Positions 17,424 to 25,742 of a stretch of 27,484 nucleotides of DNA are shown one piece after another. Source of the DNA: an uncultured Alphaproteobacteria bacterium (GTDB lineage: Bacteria; Pseudomonadota; Alphaproteobacteria; 16-39-46); NCBI GenBank assembly GCA_964442815.1, contig CAYUAL010000001.1, positions 1 through 27,484 on the forward strand, read 5' to 3'. Below the pieces are notes generated by a model. That model was not told the DNA's origin and ran no database searches. It saw nothing but the letters and a program-made list of their open reading frames with translations. Each line of letters opens with the position of its first letter. Positions within the stretch are counted from its first letter, which is position 1. The position numbers were made by a program, and so were the translations under genes.

Positions 17424-18338
17424 TTATGAATGTGTAGCAATAAATTGGCGTACTATTTCCGACAGTGCTCTTTTATATGGCGCAATATTCTTATGTCCCA
17501 TCTCATCTATAAAGTGACATGTAACCAAAAGGTTTTTTCCTTGTTCTTCTGCATTTGCTATAAATCTTTCTGTATGTTGACGATTTACAAGAGTTGTCTG
17601 GTCTGCTTCTCCTCCATGGATCACAAGAAGTGGTTTATTAATGTTTTCTGTATAACCTAAAGGATTTCTAGCTATTTCTTTTCGAGCACGAATTTCTGGT
17701 GTGTCAGCTTCAAAAATAGGGCAATTAGCATCTCCATGGTCACCTAATGTATAAAAGCTAGATGTAGCTATCATTCCACAAAATTCTCTTTGTAAGTTCA
17801 GGTCAAGGGCAGCTAAAATAGCCATGTAACCCCCATAACTATGACCCCCTACAAAAAATTTCTCTGGATTTATCTTAGCACTATAGGTTGCCTTGACATA
17901 GTGTAGAACAGATCGAAGATCCTCCATCGGTCCAATACCATAATCATTATTGACAGAGGCAAGAAAACGCGCCTTTAAGTCATCATGCCTATAATATTCC
18001 TGGGCTACTACCGCATAAACATCCGCATGCATCACGCTTCCACGATAATCAAAAATTACTACATTTACCCCTAAGAAACGCGCTTGCTCCTCTTGCGATG
18101 ATATATCACCAAACTCTCGGACAGACCCACATGGACCGCCGTGGCATACGAAAAACGTAGGTTTTTCTTGGCTATCTTCTCCATAGAACATTATTCTTCC
18201 AGGAATTTTAAAACCCGTTCTTGAATAATCAAAGGCTTCTACTTCGAATTCTTCCGTCACTAAAGAAGCAGCTACATAAGAAAAGCTTAAAGCTCCTAAA
18301 ATAAATCCTTTCATGAAAATATATTTTAAAAACCGCAT
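17424..18338 (-). CDS. Exported alpha/beta hydrolase, S9 (prolyl oligopeptidase/acylaminoacyl peptidase)-like catalytic domain
   Basis: Signal peptide; HGGP oxyanion motif, DYRGS, GHSYGG nucleophile elbow, LLVIHGGEAD (Asp), MGH (His). Confidence 0.8.
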   Translation of the reverse strand: MRFLKYIFMKGFILGALSFSYVAASLVTEEFEVEAFDYSRTGFKIPGRIMFYGEDSQEKPTFFVCHGGPCGSVREFGDISSQEEQARFLGVNVVIFDYRGSVMHADVYAVVAQEYYRHDDLKARFLASVNNDYGIGPMEDLRSVLHYVKATYSAKINPEKFFVGGHSYGGYMAILAALDLNLQREFCGMIATSSFYTLGDHGDANCPIFEADTPEIRARKEIARNPLGYTENINKPLLVIHGGEADQTTLVNRQHTERFIANAEEQGKNLLVTCHFIDEMGHKNIAPYKRALSEIVRQFIATHS

Positions 18339-18403
18339 ATACTATATCCTTAAATTCTTTCTCTAATTATATATGCTCCTTAAATAAGCATTTTTTATAT
18401 TCT

Positions 18404-19051
18404 TCAAGGGTAAATTTTTTCTTCTATATTGCGATAATAAGCACATACGCTAGATACAGGACATATATTACATAACGGCTTTATGGCTTTGCAAGTGTAA
18501 CGTCCATGGAGAATAAGAAGATGATGTGCTGAGTGTAAATAAGCTTTAGGTACATTCTTTTCAAGTTTTTGTTCTACCTCTAACGGTGTTTTTCCAGGTG
18601 CAAGCCCTGTCCGATTAGATACGCGAAAAATATGCGTATCCACAGGAATGGTCGGCTGATTAAAAGCTACATTCAGAACGACATTGGCTGTCTTACGCCC
18701 TACTCCAGGAAGTTCCATAAGTTCTTCTCGAGTACCTGGAATTTTCCCACCAAATTTTTCTATTAAAATTTGGCTCAATTTAATAATGTTTTTAGCTTTC
18801 GTATGATAGAGGCCTATGGTTTTAATGGCATTCTTTAAATTCTCTTCTCCTAACCCAAGCATTTCTTGTGGCGTTTGGATCTTCTCAAAAAGTGGCTTTG
18901 TAGCTTTGTTAACGCCTTTATCCGTACTTTGGGCAGATAAGACAACTGCCACCAAAAGAGTATAAGGATTGGTATATTGCAATTCCGTAGCAACATTTGG
19001 AATAGTAGCCGCTAATGTTTTAAAGAAGAACTCTCTATCTTGAGGTGTCAT
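18404..19051 (-). CDS. nth: Endonuclease III
   Basis: LLVAVVLSAQSTD, HhH LPGVGRKTANVVL, VDTHIFRV, C-x6-C-x2-C-x5-C [4Fe-4S] cluster. Confidence 0.97.
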   Translation of the reverse strand: MTPQDREFFFKTLAATIPNVATELQYTNPYTLLVAVVLSAQSTDKGVNKATKPLFEKIQTPQEMLGLGEENLKNAIKTIGLYHTKAKNIIKLSQILIEKFGGKIPGTREELMELPGVGRKTANVVLNVAFNQPTIPVDTHIFRVSNRTGLAPGKTPLEVEQKLEKNVPKAYLHSAHHLLILHGRYTCKAIKPLCNICPVSSVCAYYRNIEEKIYP

Positions 19052-19063
19052 GGGACTCCTTTT

Positions 19064-21730
19064 TTACATAAAAGTATAAGAGAATCCTTCGTCTCCATGC
19101 GTATCTAAAGAGATATGAACGCTTTTGTATTCTGTTCCTTCTATCATACGCTCTAGGATTTGGCTTGAAAGTCCCGGAAGAAGGTTTTGTGTCAGAATGG
19201 TATCAATGGCACGAGCCCCACTTTCGACTTCCTCACACCGTTCTGTAATGGCAGATACCACGTTCTCATCAAAAGTTAAGGTAGCACGATGTGTCTCAAA
19301 AAAGCGTCGTTGAATCTTTTGTAATTTCAATTTAACAATCTGAGAAATATAACCTTCTCCCAAAGGATGGTAAGGTACGACAACTAACCGTCCCAAAAAA
19401 GCAGGCTTAAAGACTTTTACTAAGTCAGGTCGCAAAGCTTCTAAAAGCTTTTCAGCGGTTGGGACAGGTTCGTCTTCTTTATCTAACAAAGACATAAGAA
19501 TTTCGGATCCCACATTAGAAGTTAGGAGAATAACTGTATTTTTAAAGTCGACTTCTATCCCTTCTGAATCTTCTAAAACACCCTTATCAAAGACTTGATA
19601 AAATAACTCTAAGACATCCGCATGGGCTTTCTCAATTTCGTCCAAGAGAACAACGCTATAAGGATTACGCCGCACAGCTTCTGTCAACACACCGCCTTGC
19701 CCAAATCCCACATAACCAGGAGGGGACCCCTTCAAGGTAGAAACTGTATAAGCTTCCTGATACTCTGACATGTTAATTGTTATAAGTGCTTTCTCTCCCC
19801 CATAAAGAATATCGGCCAATGCATGCGCTGTCTCTGTCTTACCTACACCGCTGGGGCCAACAAGAAGAAAAACTCCTATAGGCTTTCCTGGTTCATCTAA
19901 TCCAGCTTTATATGTCCTCAAACGTCGTGCAATTGTATCCAGAGCATGAGATTGTCCCACGATACGGTTCTCAAGTTCTTTTTTAAGACCTAAAACTGTT
20001 TGGATTTCATCTTTGACCATCTTGCCAAGCGGAATACCGGTCCAAGAAGAAATGACATGCGCTACAACATCTGCTGTCACTCGCTGCGGAACAAGTGTCC
20101 CTTCTTTCAGTCCATTTTCTTTTTCTTTAAAAGTTTGTCGGAGTACCTCAAGATTTTTTTCGAGTCTTTTTAGAACTTCTTTCTTATCTCTAGAATCAGT
20201 TTCTGGGTTTTGCTCGAGTTCTTTTTCTAAAGAACAAATTTGCTCTACATACTTTTTCTCTTGATCCCATTGTTGTTCCATGAGGTCTTTTTGAACCTGG
20301 ATCTTCGAAATATCCTCTTGGATTTTTTGAAGACGTTCTGCATGAGACGCTCCTAAAGTCTCTTCTCGCAAAAGAACTTTTTTCTCTATCTCAAGAGCCT
20401 GCTCCTGGTAGTTTAGCGCTTCTAAAGCTTCAGGAATAGAATTATGAGCTACAGCTACACGGGCACATGCTGTATCTAAAACACTTACAGCTTTATCCGG
20501 CAACTTGCGACCGGCTAAGTACCTGTTAGAAATCTTAACAGCGGATTCTAATGCTTCTTCCTCAATGCGTACTTTGTGATGAGCTTCTAGTTTCTTAAGC
20601 AAGCCACGCAACATAAGGATTGCTTTTTCCTCATCAGGTTCTTCTACTTTTACAACCTGAAACCGTCGAGAAAGAGCTGCATCTTTTTCAAAATACTTTT
20701 TATATTCAGCCCAAGTAGTAGCTGCGATCGTCCTTAGTTCTCCACGAGCAAGAGCTGGTTTAAGCAAGTTAGCCGCGTCGTTTTGCCCTCCGCTACTTCC
20801 ACTACCGATTAGTGTATGGGCTTCATCAATAAAAAGGATGATAGGCGTGGGAGAAGCCTGTACTTCCGAAATAACTGACTTAAGCCGCTGCTCAAACTCT
20901 CCTTTTAAGCCAGCTCCCGCTTCTAAAAGACCTACATCTAAAGAGCGAATAGATACATTCTGCAGAGGAGGAGGAACATCACCTGCAGCTATTTTAAGTG
21001 CTAACCCTTCCACCCCAGCTGTTTTTACAACACCAGCAACTACCGGAAGAATAGGGTTATTTTGGCGTCGCCGCATAAGAATATCAATGATCTGGCGGAT
21101 TTCTCCTTCACGCCCTGTCACAGGATCAATTTTTCCGCTGCGTGCTGCTTCTGTTAAATCTTGCGTATAGAGGTCTAAAGCCTCTGTTTTATAAGATCCC
21201 GTTTTCTTTTTTGATTCTCCAGATGGAAAAGATACTTGATCTCTTGTCGGTCCTTCTTCTTCTCCGCTATTTTGTAAAATATTAGATAATTCCTGGCGCA
21301 AGACAAGACGCGGAATGGTAAGTAAAATAGGACAAGAATCTATTAGGACCCCTTTAAGCCCTTCGGCCTCTAAAAGAGCCAACAGAATTGCCGAAGATCG
21401 TATTTTAGAAGACTCTAAAGTTAAGGAAGTGATAATCCAAGCTTCTTCTATAAGTTTTAAAAGAAGCGGCGAAAAGGCTGGTGTCCTGCTATTTCCTCTT
21501 TTAAATTTATCTATTGCTTCGCTTAACTGCTGAGCAAGCACTAAGCCGTCTACATTAAAAGCTTTTAAACTAACCGCCCAATCTCCATCTAAATTGTCAT
21601 TTATCTTAACAAGAAAATGTTCTATCTCCACTGTAAAATGCGTAAGAGATACACAATACTGTGCAGCCTCTTCTAAAGCTTTACGCAAAAGTGGATTTAA
21701 TTTTGTAATAAGATTTTTTGTATCTGTCAT
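19064..21730 (-). CDS. tssH: Type VI secretion ATPase TssH/ClpV (first Walker A degenerate as read)
   Basis: ClpV-type N-domain (ALEEAAQYC..LTHFTVEIEH), RRRQNNPIL, FIDEAHTL, KPALARGELRTIAATTW.EY, second AAA LVGPSGVGKTETA and DEIEKAH; follows tssF-tssG. Confidence 0.92.
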   Translation of the reverse strand: MTDTKNLITKLNPLLRKALEEAAQYCVSLTHFTVEIEHFLVKINDNLDGDWAVSLKAFNVDGLVLAQQLSEAIDKFKRGNSRTPAFSPLLLKLIEEAWIITSLTLESSKIRSSAILLALLEAEGLKGVLIDSCPILLTIPRLVLRQELSNILQNSGEEEGPTRDQVSFPSGESKKKTGSYKTEALDLYTQDLTEAARSGKIDPVTGREGEIRQIIDILMRRRQNNPILPVVAGVVKTAGVEGLALKIAAGDVPPPLQNVSIRSLDVGLLEAGAGLKGEFEQRLKSVISEVQASPTPIILFIDEAHTLIGSGSSGGQNDAANLLKPALARGELRTIAATTWAEYKKYFEKDAALSRRFQVVKVEEPDEEKAILMLRGLLKKLEAHHKVRIEEEALESAVKISNRYLAGRKLPDKAVSVLDTACARVAVAHNSIPEALEALNYQEQALEIEKKVLLREETLGASHAERLQKIQEDISKIQVQKDLMEQQWDQEKKYVEQICSLEKELEQNPETDSRDKKEVLKRLEKNLEVLRQTFKEKENGLKEGTLVPQRVTADVVAHVISSWTGIPLGKMVKDEIQTVLGLKKELENRIVGQSHALDTIARRLRTYKAGLDEPGKPIGVFLLVGPSGVGKTETAHALADILYGGEKALITINMSEYQEAYTVSTLKGSPPGYVGFGQGGVLTEAVRRNPYSVVLLDEIEKAHADVLELFYQVFDKGVLEDSEGIEVDFKNTVILLTSNVGSEILMSLLDKEDEPVPTAEKLLEALRPDLVKVFKPAFLGRLVVVPYHPLGEGYISQIVKLKLQKIQRRFFETHRATLTFDENVVSAITERCEEVESGARAIDTILTQNLLPGLSSQILERMIEGTEYKSVHISLDTHGDEGFSYTFM

Positions 21731-21757
21731 TTTTAGATTACAACCTCAAGCTGCTCT

Positions 21758-22792
21758 TTATGCAAAACTATCTTCAAGAGAAGGATGAATATAAACTTGT
21801 CGTGCGTCTTGTAAAAAAGGTTTTGTCTTTAGCCATGTGCGCCAACCTAAGAAACTATCTTGCCCAAGAACCAAAGAAGGAACCTCTTCTTTTTTTAAAA
21901 TAAGATTAAGATCAAATGTTATAGAATCTTCCGTATAAAAAGTAATAAGGTCACAAACCTTTTTATAAGATTCCTGATTCCTAAAAAAATTACAAAAATA
22001 CGTTAAACCCATAGGACCAAGAGAAGCCGTAATATGTCCTACTTTATCCCATGCTTTGGTTCCAAGAATGCAATCCTTTCCAAGAACATTAAATTGCCCC
22101 TTTTGCGTACCAATCAGACTACATTCTTCTTTTTGGATAGAAAGCCATTTTCCTTGAAATTCATGAATCGTTACGGGTATTCTAAGGTACTTTTCTAATA
22201 AAAATTTTAGACCTATACTTGATCGAACGCGCGGCCATAAAAAACTTGCAAGCCCTAGAAGGCCCCTATCTGAAACCTTCAATTTATTTTGAAAAAGAGG
22301 ATTTTGAAAGCCAAGCCCCGTCAGAGCACGTAGCATTTCTCCTATGGTTGTTTTTTCCGCGGGTATTTCATAAATACCCATTCGGTGCCGTTTTCGTATT
22401 TTATGAAAAAGAGAAATAAATCGATGGTTAAAAATATCCAAAAAATCTCGAAAGGCTAAATCTTTTTTCTGGATTCTATCCACTAAAAGCTGTGTATAGG
22501 GTGTAGGCAAAGGACCTTGAATACCTGCAATTCCTAAAAAATTTACTTGCAATACATCAACTCTAGAAAAAGAAGAAGCTGGGAGAGTTTCCACTAAATC
22601 ACTAGGTGGAAAAGCAAATGAAACGCTTGCGCTAAATCGAACAGGTTCTTTTTCAGGATCTACCCCTTCCGCAGGAGCCACCGTGTCAGGATATAAGGAT
22701 TGGAAAACCCGAACTGCTTGCAAAAAGTCAAATACATAGGCTTTTTCAAAAAGTTTATCTTTTAAAGAGAGTTCTTTTCTTATATAAGCCAC
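21758..22792 (-). CDS. tssG: Type VI secretion baseplate subunit TssG
   Basis: FDFLQAVR, FLGIAGIQGPLPTPYT, FRDFLDIFNHR, LGTKAWD; overlaps the tssF stop by 13 nt. Confidence 0.9.
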   Translation of the reverse strand: MAYIRKELSLKDKLFEKAYVFDFLQAVRVFQSLYPDTVAPAEGVDPEKEPVRFSASVSFAFPPSDLVETLPASSFSRVDVLQVNFLGIAGIQGPLPTPYTQLLVDRIQKKDLAFRDFLDIFNHRFISLFHKIRKRHRMGIYEIPAEKTTIGEMLRALTGLGFQNPLFQNKLKVSDRGLLGLASFLWPRVRSSIGLKFLLEKYLRIPVTIHEFQGKWLSIQKEECSLIGTQKGQFNVLGKDCILGTKAWDKVGHITASLGPMGLTYFCNFFRNQESYKKVCDLITFYTEDSITFDLNLILKKEEVPSLVLGQDSFLGWRTWLKTKPFLQDARQVYIHPSLEDSFA

Positions 22793-24591
22793 GTTTCACC
22801 TGCCATAGGAGGCCATTTTTTCCAAATACCAGGCTTATTTGCTTTATATACAGTAAGCTGTGTGAAAGAATTAATAGAAGTATATAAACTGAAAAAATGA
22901 TTCAATACCATCGCAAAAAGTAAGGGGGGGGTGCCTCCATAATACCTATCATCAAACGTAAGTTCTAAAGATGTCCCGCGTGCAAAGTTTCTCCATGCTT
23001 CATTCCCTAACCTTTGAATATTATAAGAACAATTCATCTTCGTAATGGACTCAATCTCATTGGTCGTCTGAGGAGTACCTAACCCAGCATATAGGCGAAG
23101 AATACTCTTTAACGCATCTAAACTATAAGGCTCATTTGAAAGAGAAATACGATTTAAACAAAGCTGAGAAATAAGAGACCATAGCACGCCTCCTTCTTGT
23201 GGAGGATATAAAGGAGCTGCAGGCGTATTTAAACAAATAATACTAGAAGACGGCGTATCATTTTCTATCTCTAATATTGCTCCTGCTGGAATTTGCATGG
23301 CCAGATCTCTATTCGTACATAAAATATGTGCGTAAATTGTATCCACGCTAGGAACACTTGGATTAAAGTTAAAATCCACAAAGGAAAGATTTGTGTCCGT
23401 TCCCGGCATTCCTGGACGCACCGTAGGAATACGCCGAGCGATCCAAAAAAATTTTTGATCTTCTTGTTCTTCCTGATGCATAAACTCAAAATAGGGAGAG
23501 AGAGCTATGGGATCAGGAGTACTAGAATTAGTGGCATATACATCTGTTACCACATTAATTTCTGTTATCATTTCACGTCGCTGATCCGGCACAAGCCTAT
23601 ATTCTGTGCTTAATCCATCCAAACGAAAAGGCTCAGAAATCTTTTTAAAACTATTAATGATAGGAGAACACCCCAAAAGAAAAATATCTGGAGAAAAATC
23701 AATCCAAGAAAGACTCTCAGAATTAGAAACAGGAATAAAAATACTTAATTCTTTATCTGCTCCACTATTTTGAATTCCTAAAACATCAAAGAAGAAAAAT
23801 TTCTCAGGAAAACAAAAATACTCTAATAACAACACGTATGCTGGATGTACCTTTAATAGATGAGGCAAAAGGACTTCTTTTTGGCTTAATCCTACTGGTT
23901 TTAAAGAAGAAGGGCAGGTTTTTACATCCCTTGTTCCCCCTATAGCTACGCCAATATTCTCAGAAGAAGTAAAAATAGCTTCATATAATATATGCTGAAG
24001 GACATTCCCTCCATTTATAAAGAATCTTAACTGTGATAAATTTTCTAAGTCCTTAAAAGATCCTTGTAAAGGAGAGAGATCGATTTTTATGGCTTGGGGT
24101 TGATCCGTAAAAAATGTTGAAAAGCTATAATCTTCTACTGGAACTAAGGAAATATTTTCTATTTTTATAGGCCATAAATTTACATCGTATCCCGTTTGGA
24201 ATTGGCAGGTTACTCCCTCTGCTGTGCGTGCAAATAATGAAGTATGTTGTGGAATAACATATCCTGTTGTCGGAACACTTTTTTTCACATCAACTTGAAA
24301 TTGCGTAACGGCACACGAAGGAATAATATGCACAAACTGAGGATATAAAATGGATAACAAAGTCTGAGAAATACGGGGAAACTCTGCATCCATATCTCGC
24401 TGCAAAGTCCCAGATAAAAAAGCAAAAGACTCTAAAAGTCTCTCCACATGCGGGTCAGTACTTTCTCCTTGTCCAATATCGAGTCTCTTTGCTATTTTCG
24501 GATGTTTTTCAGCAAAAAGGCTCCCCATCTGGCGTAAATACGCCATTTCTCTTTGGTAATATGTTAATAACTTATCTTGTTCCCCAGCCAT
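22780..24591 (-). CDS. tssF: Type VI secretion baseplate subunit TssF
   Basis: YYQREMAYLR, DPHVERLLESFAFL, LLLEYFCFPEKFFF, LGCSPIINSF, CTNRDL, LNHFFSLYTSINSFTQL. Confidence 0.94.
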   Translation of the reverse strand: MAGEQDKLLTYYQREMAYLRQMGSLFAEKHPKIAKRLDIGQGESTDPHVERLLESFAFLSGTLQRDMDAEFPRISQTLLSILYPQFVHIIPSCAVTQFQVDVKKSVPTTGYVIPQHTSLFARTAEGVTCQFQTGYDVNLWPIKIENISLVPVEDYSFSTFFTDQPQAIKIDLSPLQGSFKDLENLSQLRFFINGGNVLQHILYEAIFTSSENIGVAIGGTRDVKTCPSSLKPVGLSQKEVLLPHLLKVHPAYVLLLEYFCFPEKFFFFDVLGIQNSGADKELSIFIPVSNSESLSWIDFSPDIFLLGCSPIINSFKKISEPFRLDGLSTEYRLVPDQRREMITEINVVTDVYATNSSTPDPIALSPYFEFMHQEEQEDQKFFWIARRIPTVRPGMPGTDTNLSFVDFNFNPSVPSVDTIYAHILCTNRDLAMQIPAGAILEIENDTPSSSIICLNTPAAPLYPPQEGGVLWSLISQLCLNRISLSNEPYSLDALKSILRLYAGLGTPQTTNEIESITKMNCSYNIQRLGNEAWRNFARGTSLELTFDDRYYGGTPPLLFAMVLNHFFSLYTSINSFTQLTVYKANKPGIWKKWPPMAGETWLI

Positions 24592-24710
24592 GTTCTATCG
24601 TGCTTTATTTTCTTGTATTGTAAATATAATTAAAAAAGAAGAAAGGCTCTATTTTTCTAAAATAAAAAAAAGTCCTTTTAGAATATAAAAATAGGTAGTT
24701 TATTTTAAAC

Positions 24711-25742
24711 CTAATCCAATAACCTACGATTCTTTTCTCTCATCTCTTTAGAAGGAGGGATAAGCCCCTTATAAGCCAAAGGACCATCTTCTGACCATAC
24801 CTCTTCAGATAGAAACTCTTCTACAAATTTTTTCAAAGAAGGTGTATTCTTCAGACTCTCTTTTTTTACGTACATATAAAAAAGGCGTGTCAACGGATAA
24901 ATCCCTTTAAATATAGTTTGCAAACTTGGCAAACTACCTTCAATAGGCAGAGCCTCTAATACACTCTGATTTTGCTCCCAGAAAGGAAACCCTAATATCC
25001 CTATGGAGTAAGGATTTAACATCATTTTTTTGATAATAATCTTCGTATTTTCAGGTACTTCAATATATCTTCCATCCTCTCTAATGAGATAACATTGAGC
25101 CTGGAAAGAAACATCACAAAAAGGCTGAAAAATAAGCTCTTTCATAGATTCTCTTACGCCAGAGGTAGAAGGAGGACCAAAAATAAAAATGGGTATATCT
25201 GGAAGATTTGAATTTATTTGTTTCCAGGTAGTATAAGGGTTTGGAATCCATTTCCCGTCTTGAAAAATATTTTTAGCAAGCCCTTTATAAAGATCTTCTA
25301 AGGTTAATCCTTTTATAAAAAAAGATGTAATGTCTTTTTTGTTTTCTTTATAGTTTTTTGCTAAAATAATAGCTCCATACCCTATGGTAAATTCCTTTAT
25401 ATTTTTAATACCATTACGAAAACATAGTTGCCTTTCGGACGCGTTCATAAGACGCGAAGCATTAACAATGCCTGGTGAATTAGAGTCTGTTCCCGAACAA
25501 AATAGCTTAAACCCAGCACCTGTCCCCGTACGTTCTATAATAGGCGCTTCTTCTTCCCATAAAATAGCAAGCCTCTCAGCTATAATAGCTGAAAAAGGAA
25601 AAATCGCCGTCGATCCTACAATACGCCCAGGATCATTTTCTTGCGAAGCATAGGAATATTCCTTACACAAGAAAAGAACGATTATACTAGATAAAATACT
25701 AGCGATTACCCTTAGTTGTTTTTTTAAAAGATTTCTGCCCAT
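24711..25742 (-). CDS. pstS: PstS-like periplasmic phosphate-binding protein
   Basis: IVGS...FPF, TGTGAGFKLFC, NASR, GPPSTSG.RE, YPLTR.FYMYVK. Start more plausibly ATG 25742 (followed by a signal-like segment) than 25826; still overlaps the maeB 3' end by 44 nt. Confidence 0.75.
   Translation of the reverse strand: MGRNLLKKQLRVIASILSSIIVLFLCKEYSYASQENDPGRIVGSTAIFPFSAIIAERLAILWEEEAPIIERTGTGAGFKLFCSGTDSNSPGIVNASRLMNASERQLCFRNGIKNIKEFTIGYGAIILAKNYKENKKDITSFFIKGLTLEDLYKGLAKNIFQDGKWIPNPYTTWKQINSNLPDIPIFIFGPPSTSGVRESMKELIFQPFCDVSFQAQCYLIREDGRYIEVPENTKIIIKKMMLNPYSIGILGFPFWEQNQSVLEALPIEGSLPSLQTIFKGIYPLTRLFYMYVKKESLKNTPSLKKFVEEFLSEEVWSEDGPLAYKGLIPPSKEMREKNRRLLD

Noticed and set aside
451-18338. Idea that the orphan exported proteins are effectors of the neighbouring T6SS
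   Set aside because: They carry Sec/Tat-type signal peptides, whereas T6SS cargo is loaded in the cytoplasm on Hcp/VgrG/PAAR; no such domains or adaptors are seen.
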